NCBI GenBank assembly: GCA_048938005.1
Contig: JBHLMQ010000045.1
Location: 1 to 25,478, forward strand
DNA length: 25,478 nucleotides
DNA from: Promethearchaeota archaeon
GTDB lineage: Archaea > Asgardarchaeota > Lokiarchaeia > Sigyniarchaeales > SOKP01
Direction of reading: 5' to 3'
The position numbers and the translations under genes were made by a program. Every line of letters begins with the position of its first letter. Within the stretch, counting starts at the first letter, position 1. Below the pieces are notes generated by a model, which saw nothing but the letters and a program-made list of their open reading frames with translations, made no database searches and was not told the DNA's origin. Below, piece after piece: positions 1 through 8,310 of the stretch.

Positions 1-70
1 TCGATTTTACCTACAAAAATATTAGTATTAAAAGTCAATAAAAATATAACAATAAAAATTTTTGATACTT

Positions 71-3000
71 ATGTATAACGCAAAAATTAAAAAAGGCAAA
101 CGGATTCTGATTCTTTTACTAATAACAATTACTATAAGCTCTTTGAATGTTAATCTATTCATCTCAAATTTAAATTACTCAATAAATGATAAAAAGTCAT
201 CTACCGATCCTGTATTTGAACTATTAAATGAGCTAAAAACAGCAGACTATACTACTGATTTTAATAGTACTGGTGAGAATATAAACACTACATTGCATCA
301 ATCATTATTAGATACTACAACTAAACAATTTTCGAATCTGGATAGCTCAAATACATTTAATGAACCATGCCCTCCTGATTCCACATTCAGTTCTTCATAT
401 GCTAATATTACTGTTGAAAATATTAATGCTCCAGATAAAATATTAACTATAGAAACATCATCAATTATAACAGAAGTGATTTATGACAATGCTGTTGCTA
501 TAGGCTTCCAAGTAAGAGGATCTGGTATTTTAGATAATTTTTCTATTTGTTTTAGTGAGACCGATTCAAATTCTAATGATGCATTGATTGCTTTAGAAGT
601 CTTTAATGCCCAATGGAGTAATGGAAAAATTGAACCTGGCTCCACATCACTAAAAAGTACATGGACCGATACTGTTAATGACAATGTAACTCAAGTTTGG
701 TATAATTTTACTAATTTAAATGTGTTTTTAAATACTTCAGAGACCTATCAAAACCATTTTTTTATTTGGGTTGACCAAGTTACTGCAGAAGGCCAAGCAC
801 ATGTAGAAATTGAATGTAATGTTGAGGGTGGAGTAGATGATGCAATTTTATTAAAATGGTCTGGTTCTTCATGGAATACTCGAACACTTGATCCATTAAT
901 GACGATTGGTCTAAAACCGTTAAGTAATACCCCTGGACCCGCCCAGATTAATCTTACAATTAATAATATTGGTGTGTTTAACTTCACAAGCGGAAAAGGA
1001 TATTGGTCTCCTATTAGCTCGCTTGGAAGTAGCAGTGGAACCTTATATTTCACAATTGATGCCGATTGGTGGAATGTATCATGTGATATTACAAATGTTT
1101 TAATAAATTATACTAAAACTGATTTAACCGCAACAACTATATTCAAAATACCAGGAAGTGGTCAATCAATTGATTGGAATTCTACTCTTGGAGCAATAAA
1201 CGATTTTAATACAACATTTAACGATTACAGAATTAATTTTACTGTACCCGCTACATGGGAGAATTTTACCGCATCAGATGGATCTATAGATAAAACTTCT
1301 GATATATCTCTAGGATCAATTAGTAATGGATATAGAGAATTACAAATATCTAATGCATGGAATGAAACCAATTGGTATATTACTGCTCAATCAGTTAATT
1401 TGTTGAATAAAATTCATACATATGTTAATTCAATTGAATATGAAACTGTAGATTTTACCGATACAGTAAATTTTATGGCAAACTTCACAGAAACAATAAG
1501 CAATGGCGAAATTAATTTAAGTGTATATACTCCAGATCCATTTAATTATCAAAACCATACTTATTATAATAATTCAATCACTGCGGGATCAGAAATTATG
1601 TTAAAAAGTTGGGATATATCTGATGATGCTATAGAATATGGTCCATTTAAAGTTCAAGTATGGTGGAAAAATGATACAGCAGCAGGATTTTTGGAAAAGT
1701 TTTTAACGATAATGGCGGTTACGGATTTAGTACTAATTTCTCCTTCAATTGGTCAAAATCGCTTTCTTGATGATATCTTTAATATAACAGTCTTTTATAA
1801 TAATACTGGTTTGGACTTAGGAAATCAAGGCATTCCTGGACAACAGATTGCAGCAAACGATACAATCATAAATTGGTTTGATGAAGGTGATGGTAATTAC
1901 AATATTGAGGTAAATTCTAGTGATTATAATTTTGGATGGAATTACATTCAAATTGAAGCTTATGATACGTATTATAATAACGCATCGACAACTTTCTCAT
2001 TCCATTTAAGAATTAATACTACTATATCACCATCAGACACTAAAGATTTTGGTGATGTTATCAGAGGGACTCCTATACAATATGAATTTAATTATTCAGA
2101 TTATTTAGGAACACCTATTACGGGAGCTACACCAGATATTGTTGACATTGATCCTTCATTTTTACCTGGATCTTCAATTACTGAAAATATAGGAGAACCA
2201 GGAAATTATACAATTCAATTGGATACGAGTAATGTTCAAGCATCAGCTACAGCTTATGAGTGCATTTTTAATATTACGAAAACAGGGACGGAAACAAAAA
2301 ATATTACGATTTATCTAACCATTATATTGGCACAAACCGAAATTAAGATTATAGATTATGAAGATATTCTTATAAAGAAAGATGGGTTAAATCAAACAGT
2401 TTTATTGTTTTTCAATGATACTGATAATAACAAAGGAATTACTGGCCTCCCTCTTAATAATGTAACTGTAATTGATAACCAAACTGGAATTCCAAGGGCG
2501 CGATTTACTGAAGTTTGGTTATTTCCTAATGGAACTGATGGGTATTATACATTGAATATAAGTGTAGCAGATTTGGATTCAGGTTCAATTCAACTCATGA
2601 TAAATATAACATTTGAGCCTAATTATAACACAAGTTTGGCATATATAACCTTTTACTTAAGAGGGAATCTTACTCAAACTGAAATGATATCTATTACTGA
2701 TCCTGGAGGAGAAGGAACTCTTACAGGTATAGGAAATGAATATACATGTTTTATTGGAAGAGACCTAAATGTTAACTTTAATATCACAGATACTGATAAT
2801 AGTGATACTTTAGTAACTGGTGCTGCTAACTCTTACTTAGTAGAATATGTTGAAATCGGGAATCCTACAAATCAAGGAACTATTGGTGAATCATTTGCTA
2901 ATACTACAAATTCATATCAAGGGGATATAATCAGTTCGACTCTAACTCCGGTAGGTACTTATACAATAACCATTAAGGTATTTAAAACAGATTTTGAAGT

Positions 3001-4744
3001 TTCAACAATTAGTTTTAATTTAACTTTAAGGGCTTTATATATAATTAATATAACTATAGTGGATAAACCGATTCAAATTACTGCGGGAGAATCGTTCAAT
3101 ATCACAATAAAAGCAGAGTATTATAATGGATTAGATTGGTTAGTTATAAATGGATCAAATGTAAGAATTACACCTTATTTTGATACAGTGCCACAATCAC
3201 CAACAGCATGGGTCCCTACTAATGCTACGGGCGAAGTTGAATTTAAAATTCTTACCGATAACACTGTTAGAAATATAACATTGACTATTGAAGTGCAAAG
3301 CACATTTTATCACATAGGAGATACCTATGAAGTTTCTGATATTATAGTAAGACCACCTCCTTCTCCATTTGATTTTGCAGATTTAATACCATATCTTATT
3401 TTAATTGGTGTTGCCGTTGCTGCTATAGGAGGATCGGTCGCTATTTACCGAGGTGTTGTAGTTCCTAAAAAGCGTGAAAAAGTTAGAGTTCTAACTGAAG
3501 TTAAAACTATTTTTGATGACGCCATTAATTTAGAACATATATTAGTACTGTATAAAGGAACAGGTACTTGTATCTTTTTTAAATCATTCGGTTCGGAACA
3601 AATTGATCCAGAGTTAATCTCAGGATTTATTTCTGCAATCAGTAGTTTTGGTAAAGATTTAGTTAGCCAAGAAGAATTGAATGAAATATCTTACGGTGAT
3701 AAAATGTTGCTTTTATCAGACGGAGAACATATTAGAGTTGCTTTAGTATTAGGTAAAAAAGCTTCACTAATTCTACGCAGAAGTTTAATGGAATTCATAC
3801 ATGTTTTTGAGAAAACTTATACTAATGAGCTTCCTAATTGGAGAGGTCAACTAACTTTATTTAGAGATGCTGGAACTATTGTTGATGATATATTAAGTAC
3901 TTCAATTATTTTACCACATGAAATCTCCTATGAGTTTTCCACTGCTAAAGCGTTAAAGAAACCTCAATCTCGAGATGTATTAAAAATCGCAAATAACTTA
4001 ATGAAAGATTCAGAAAGGAATTTCTTCTTTATCGCTACTCTATTAAAGGAAACTACTGAAAAAACAAGTAAAGATACAGCAGAAATATTTATGGGGATCA
4101 AAGAACTAAGAGATAAGAAAATACTAATGCCCATAGAAATATCTGCAATCGAAGCTAAACCTATTTCTCAACAAGAATTAAACCTTATTAATCAGAAAGT
4201 TTCAAGTTTAGTTGATTTATCACCAGAAGAAAAACAAAGATTGGTCAATGAACTTGCTCAAATGGGCCCTGCTGAAAGAGAAGCATATTTTGTAAGTTTA
4301 ACTGAACACCATGAAATTGTTTCTGCTCCAATTGAAGCAAAACCGGGAGCTGCTGTAATTGATACTATTAAAGGAGCTAAAAAAGAAATTAAAAGCTTAA
4401 AAAAGAATGCCTTAGTTGCTAAAAAAGAGAAAGATTATGATAAATCTATCAAAATTTTTCAGAATGCTGTAAAAATTGCCACAAGTTGGGAGTTAGCTAG
4501 AGAAACTCAAGAATTAGATGATATAATACGTATGACTAAAATCGAAGATCTTAAGAATAAAATGAAAACCCTTGAAAAAGAGGCTAATTTAGCTGCTAAA
4601 GAAGAAAACTATAATGAAGCTGCTCAAAAATACAAGATTTCTTCTAAAATTGCATCAGAAATATTTAAATTAGGAGTAACTGAAATGACAAAAGAAGTTA
4701 AGCGATTATCAAACAAATCAAAGGAATATGAAAAACTAGTTTAA
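71..4744 (+). CDS. Large single-pass membrane protein: N-glycosylated beta-rich/Ig-like ectodomain, TM helix, cytoplasmic longin/roadblock-like domain, winged-helix-like segment and C-terminal MIT/TPR-like helical repeats
   Basis: The ORF is 1560 aa from TTG62; ATG71 is the likelier start. It has a basic-then-hydrophobic N-terminus (KKGKRILILLLITITISSL), a Thr/Asn-rich region with many NxS/T sequons, and a hydrophobic helix LIPYLILIGVAVAAIGGSVAIY followed by KKREK. After that come HILVLYKGTGTCIFFKSF...DPELISGFISAISSFGKDL and Lys/Glu-rich helical repeats. Confidence 0.8.
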   Translation: MYNAKIKKGKRILILLLITITISSLNVNLFISNLNYSINDKKSSTDPVFELLNELKTADYTTDFNSTGENINTTLHQSLLDTTTKQFSNLDSSNTFNEPCPPDSTFSSSYANITVENINAPDKILTIETSSIITEVIYDNAVAIGFQVRGSGILDNFSICFSETDSNSNDALIALEVFNAQWSNGKIEPGSTSLKSTWTDTVNDNVTQVWYNFTNLNVFLNTSETYQNHFFIWVDQVTAEGQAHVEIECNVEGGVDDAILLKWSGSSWNTRTLDPLMTIGLKPLSNTPGPAQINLTINNIGVFNFTSGKGYWSPISSLGSSSGTLYFTIDADWWNVSCDITNVLINYTKTDLTATTIFKIPGSGQSIDWNSTLGAINDFNTTFNDYRINFTVPATWENFTASDGSIDKTSDISLGSISNGYRELQISNAWNETNWYITAQSVNLLNKIHTYVNSIEYETVDFTDTVNFMANFTETISNGEINLSVYTPDPFNYQNHTYYNNSITAGSEIMLKSWDISDDAIEYGPFKVQVWWKNDTAAGFLEKFLTIMAVTDLVLISPSIGQNRFLDDIFNITVFYNNTGLDLGNQGIPGQQIAANDTIINWFDEGDGNYNIEVNSSDYNFGWNYIQIEAYDTYYNNASTTFSFHLRINTTISPSDTKDFGDVIRGTPIQYEFNYSDYLGTPITGATPDIVDIDPSFLPGSSITENIGEPGNYTIQLDTSNVQASATAYECIFNITKTGTETKNITIYLTIILAQTEIKIIDYEDILIKKDGLNQTVLLFFNDTDNNKGITGLPLNNVTVIDNQTGIPRARFTEVWLFPNGTDGYYTLNISVADLDSGSIQLMINITFEPNYNTSLAYITFYLRGNLTQTEMISITDPGGEGTLTGIGNEYTCFIGRDLNVNFNITDTDNSDTLVTGAANSYLVEYVEIGNPTNQGTIGESFANTTNSYQGDIISSTLTPVGTYTITIKVFKTDFEVSTISFNLTLRALYIINITIVDKPIQITAGESFNITIKAEYYNGLDWLVINGSNVRITPYFDTVPQSPTAWVPTNATGEVEFKILTDNTVRNITLTIEVQSTFYHIGDTYEVSDIIVRPPPSPFDFADLIPYLILIGVAVAAIGGSVAIYRGVVVPKKREKVRVLTEVKTIFDDAINLEHILVLYKGTGTCIFFKSFGSEQIDPELISGFISAISSFGKDLVSQEELNEISYGDKMLLLSDGEHIRVALVLGKKASLILRRSLMEFIHVFEKTYTNELPNWRGQLTLFRDAGTIVDDILSTSIILPHEISYEFSTAKALKKPQSRDVLKIANNLMKDSERNFFFIATLLKETTEKTSKDTAEIFMGIKELRDKKILMPIEISAIEAKPISQQELNLINQKVSSLVDLSPEEKQRLVNELAQMGPAEREAYFVSLTEHHEIVSAPIEAKPGAAVIDTIKGAKKEIKSLKKNALVAKKEKDYDKSIKIFQNAVKIATSWELARETQELDDIIRMTKIEDLKNKMKTLEKEANLAAKEENYNEAAQKYKISSKIASEIFKLGVTEMTKEVKRLSNKSKEYEKLV

Positions 4745-4771
4745 TTTTTTTTAAATTTTTTCTTTTTATTT
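4745..4771 (+). terminator. Putative archaeal oligo-T terminator
   Basis: Several T-tracts (tttttttt, tttttt, ttttt) lie directly after the stop codon. Specificity is low in AT-rich DNA. Confidence 0.35.
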
Positions 4772-4938
4772 AAAATGCTTACCATTTAAATTCATCTTTT
4801 TAATTTTCTCTAAATAAATGATGATTTTTTTAAAATCAATTTAAAGTAATTGCGATAGATATTAAAAGTAGTAATTGCATTTTTAACTATAATAACTTAT
4901 AATTATATTCATCGAATTCTACTAATTTGATTTTTAAA

Positions 4939-5451
4939 ATGTTCTCAGGATTCATTAAGAGGAAAAGAGAAAAAAAAGAAAATGGTATAAAAAAAAGAGA
5001 AAATTCTTATACCGAATTTGAAAATTCAGGTCTACTTAAAAAAAATACCTTTATTGAGAATGGAGAAAAAAAAATAATAAAAGTAACAAAAAATGGTAAA
5101 ATCGTGGCGAAATATGAAGAAATACAGAAAAAAGCAGAAGAAGCAAAAGTGAAGACTGGGGTTATAGAACAAGATAAAGGAATTGATATATCCTTATCCG
5201 AATTAGAATCTGATCAAACTCTAATAGTTCCGTCAAATATTCAAGAACAAATAGAAAAAATCATTTTAAAAATACTATATGAGGATAAATCGGTAAAATC
5301 ATTAAAATTATTAACCGAAAAAGTTTTAGAGAAAGCTGTTAAAAAAAGAATTACAATTTCTGAAAAACATATAAATTTAATAATTTACCAGATGAATTCT
5401 ATTGAAAAAATAGAATTTACTCAAAAAGATGGTTGGAAAATAAGAATTTGA
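4939..5451 (+). CDS. Hypothetical protein with a charged N-terminal region and a C-terminal winged-helix (Z-alpha-like) domain
   Basis: The ORF is 174 aa from TTG4927; ATG4939 is the likelier start. The C-terminal ~68 aa show a helix-helix-helix-wing pattern: IEKIILKIL...KHINLIIYQM...KIEFTQKDGWKI. Confidence 0.7.
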   Translation: MFSGFIKRKREKKENGIKKRENSYTEFENSGLLKKNTFIENGEKKIIKVTKNGKIVAKYEEIQKKAEEAKVKTGVIEQDKGIDISLSELESDQTLIVPSNIQEQIEKIILKILYEDKSVKSLKLLTEKVLEKAVKKRITISEKHINLIIYQMNSIEKIEFTQKDGWKIRI

Positions 5452-5490
5452 TTTTAAATTGGAATTTTAACTTTATTTTTCCCCTATTAA

Positions 5491-6756
5491 TTAATCAGAT
5501 ATACCATTTTCAGTTATAGAAAAGATAGCTTCTCCTTCCGGTAAATGAGGTGCATCAACAATTTTTGCAATTCTCTGCTCTCCTTTACCTTTCCTTAAAT
5601 AAACTCTAATTGTGCAACCATGGGCAACAACATTTCCCCCAGCGGCTTGTAATGGATTTCCATAAAACACATCAGGTTTAGATTGGACTTGGTTTGTCAC
5701 TAAAATTGCTAAATCTGGATATATATCACATAACCTTAATAAATCGTGCAAATGGGAATTAATAGTTTGTTGACGATTAGCTAAAGTACCACGTCCTATA
5801 TATTCACTTCGAAAATGTCCTATAAGTGAATCTACTACAATTAATTTGATATTATTTTCTTTAATCAAGTTTGCAGCCTCTTTAATTAAAAGAATTTGGT
5901 GATCAGAGTTATATGCTCGACCAAAAATTATGTTTTTTAGCACCTTTTTATGATCTAAATCTAAACCTTCAGACATTTGTATAATCCTCTCCGGTCTAAA
6001 TGTCCCCTCAGTATCAACATATAAAGCTTTTCCTTCAAGTCCTCCCTTTTCTTCAGTTAATTGAACATTTACACATAATTGATGCATAATTTGAGTTTTA
6101 CCTGTCCTAAATTCTCCAAAAAACTCGATTACACTACCTGTCTCAACACCACCACCTAACAAATCATCTAACTCTTGACTACCTGTAGTTATTCGAGCGA
6201 TATTTTTTCTATGTTCCCATACATCTTCAGCAGATTTAAATCCAATATTTAATTTATCCATGGAAGCTTTAATTAATTTAGTAGTTGTTTTTTCTCCCAA
6301 ACCGCTTTCTTCTTGTATAATACTAGGTGGTGTAAATGCTATTGATTCTAAACTAGAAAATCCTGCTTTTATTAATTTAGTTAGTGTAGCCTCTCCTACA
6401 CCAGGAAGTTTTTTCACAGCATTTATACATGCTTCTTTACTATTACTATTATCTGGGATTTCCTCACTATCTAAATCTATATCACTTTCTAATTGATCTT
6501 CAACTTCTATATTAATTTCTTCATTTTCAATTTCATTAAAGGCTTCAATCAATTCTGCTTCGTCATCATAATCATCACTATTTAATTCACTGTTTTGATC
6601 TTTAATCTCTCCTTCTTCATTATTTTCAAATAGAGCAAAGTTTAAATGTTCTTTATAGATTTTTCCTTTTGTGTGATTACGTTTGCATTCATTGCAGTAA
6701 TAAGGTTTACCCATTTCAAATCCATTATTATCTTCAATTTCTCTTGCTTTAGCCAT
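5491..6756 (-). CDS. radA: DNA repair and recombination protein RadA with a ~105-aa N-terminal extension
   Basis: HhH motif LPGVG, polymerisation motif [23 protein letters not shown], Walker [22 protein letters not shown], Walker [23 protein letters not shown], and C-terminal [12 protein letters not shown]. Confidence 0.97.
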   Translation of the reverse strand: MAKAREIEDNNGFEMGKPYYCNECKRNHTKGKIYKEHLNFALFENNEEGEIKDQNSELNSDDYDDEAELIEAFNEIENEEINIEVEDQLESDIDLDSEEIPDNSNSKEACINAVKKLPGVGEATLTKLIKAGFSSLESIAFTPPSIIQEESGLGEKTTTKLIKASMDKLNIGFKSAEDVWEHRKNIARITTGSQELDDLLGGGVETGSVIEFFGEFRTGKTQIMHQLCVNVQLTEEKGGLEGKALYVDTEGTFRPERIIQMSEGLDLDHKKVLKNIIFGRAYNSDHQILLIKEAANLIKENNIKLIVVDSLIGHFRSEYIGRGTLANRQQTINSHLHDLLRLCDIYPDLAILVTNQVQSKPDVFYGNPLQAAGGNVVAHGCTIRVYLRKGKGEQRIAKIVDAPHLPEGEAIFSITENGISD

Positions 6757-6920
6757 AAAATATCACATTAAAAATAAAAAATAGGTGTAATTTTTATAGA
6801 TATGTTTTGTTATGAATATTTGTCTTCCTCTTTATTTTAAATAAAATAGAGTTCTAATTTTCAAATTTACTTTTTGAGGAAGAGAAGGTAGAAATCGACA
6901 ATATTCTGAGATTTTTTAAT

Positions 6921-6948
6921 TTAAGTAGTGTTTCTATACACTACTTAA
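6921..6948. promoter_or_regulatory. Perfect 11-bp inverted repeat (candidate operator or hairpin) between the divergent radA and PGI-like genes
   Basis: TTAAGTAGTGT-ttctat-ACACTACTTAA read directly from the sequence. The function is inferred. Confidence 0.5.
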
Positions 6949-6997
6949 TTCTATAATAAAAAAGATTAATAAATAAAATAATAAAAATATGATTAGA

Positions 6998-7006
6998 TTA
7001 TATAAA
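6998..7006. promoter_or_regulatory. Candidate TATA box in the divergent promoter region
   Basis: TTATATAAA on + reads TTTATATAA on -, about 40 bp upstream of the probable start of the PGI-like gene. The AT-rich background weakens the call. Confidence 0.3.
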
Positions 7007-7094
7007 GTTATTAATAAATTCACTTTAATTTACTAGGTGAAATCTCATAAATTCAAACATTAAATTTGAATATTATCCTGAAATAAATGATGCT

Positions 7095-8282
7095 TTGTTA
7101 AGAGAATCAATAGATATAATGAAAAACAATAAAGAAAATTGGGATACCCCCTTTTTCTTTGACACGAAGTCTTATTTAGATATAGAAAGAATTCAGCAGG
7201 TAACTAAACAATTCATAACAGATGAGCTTAAAAATATTATAGTTTTAGGTACTGGAGGTTCGATCCAAACTTTACTTGCCTTGAAACATTTAGCAAAAAG
7301 AAAAATTTTTCCTGTTACTAGTTCAAGAGCAGTGGAATTAAAGGGATGCTTAGATAAAACATCTGCAGAAGATTCTATTGTGATTCCAATATCAAGAGGA
7401 GGAGAAACCTTAGATATTAATTCAACAATTGGAACTTTTTTAAGAAAGGGATATAAATTTTTAGGGCTTTCATCCATGGGAACAATGAATGAAATTTTAA
7501 AAAAAATAGATTGTCCTATTTTAGATGTTCCCAATCTTTCGGGACGTTATGCGGGATCTGTAACAAATGTTGGAATTGTTCCTGCTTATATGGCTGGCAT
7601 AAAAATTGAAGAATTTCTCAAAGGTTTAGAAGATAATTATGCTGTCTTTTCAAAATATGAAATACATCCAGCTATTGAACTTGCAACATTTCTCTTTAAC
7701 TTATATAAAAGGGGTTATAAAATGATTTTCTCAATGCCATACTCAAAGAATCTTGAGGGATCTATTGGATTATGGGTTCAAGGAATATCGGAAAGTAGTG
7801 GAAAAGATGAAAAGGGAATGATAGGAGCTTTTCAATCGGCCCCAATTTGCCAACATTCTGTTTTAGAATATCTTTTAGGAGGAACAAAAGGAATTGTTAT
7901 CCCAATATTATGGACGATTAATAATGAAAAACATGACATTATTTTAAGCTCCTCGATTGAATATGTTAATGGTCAAAGTGCTCAAACGATAGTAAATTAT
8001 CAAGCAAATGCAACCTTTCAGGCTTTAATTCAACAGAAAGTGCCCTCTGGCAAAATTTCTATTGAAAATCCATCTGAGTATAATATTGGAAATCTAATTT
8101 CATTAATATTATCATCGATATATTATCTTTGCCTGTTAATAAATATAAATTGGGCAAATAATCCAAAAGTGATCATTGGAAAGCAAATTTGCAACGAAGC
8201 TCTTAAAGAAAAAATTACTCCAGACCAAGCGGAAAAGTTAAGAAAGGAAATTGCAAAGGAGAAATTTAAAACATTTTTTTAA
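7095..8282 (+). CDS. pgi: Glucose-6-phosphate isomerase-like (PGI/SIS superfamily) protein
   Basis: VLGTGGS, ISRGGETLD (cf. SKSGxTxE), SGRY, WVQGISESSGK (catalytic Glu), CQHS (catalytic His) and NPKVIIGK (catalytic Lys). The true start may be upstream at ATA7047. Confidence 0.72.
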   Translation: MLRESIDIMKNNKENWDTPFFFDTKSYLDIERIQQVTKQFITDELKNIIVLGTGGSIQTLLALKHLAKRKIFPVTSSRAVELKGCLDKTSAEDSIVIPISRGGETLDINSTIGTFLRKGYKFLGLSSMGTMNEILKKIDCPILDVPNLSGRYAGSVTNVGIVPAYMAGIKIEEFLKGLEDNYAVFSKYEIHPAIELATFLFNLYKRGYKMIFSMPYSKNLEGSIGLWVQGISESSGKDEKGMIGAFQSAPICQHSVLEYLLGGTKGIVIPILWTINNEKHDIILSSSIEYVNGQSAQTIVNYQANATFQALIQQKVPSGKISIENPSEYNIGNLISLILSSIYYLCLLININWANNPKVIIGKQICNEALKEKITPDQAEKLRKEIAKEKFKTFF

Positions 8283-8310
8283 CTTGAACTATACTTTTTA
8301 ATTTCTTTTT

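Noticed and set aside
481-1053. Minus-strand ORFs 481-684 and 748-1053
   Set aside because: They are antisense shadows inside the 1560-aa gene with no recognisable motifs.
6085-6125. Possible intein at the RadA Walker A site
   Set aside because: The sequence runs continuously GKTQIMHQL with no insertion; the extra length is all N-terminal.
6811-6910. ATGA...CTGA flanking a stem, suggesting a SECIS element, K-turn or C/D box RNA
   Set aside because: The stem register does not give tandem G.A pairs, there is no full RUGAUGA box, and no adjacent gene shows an in-frame UGA.
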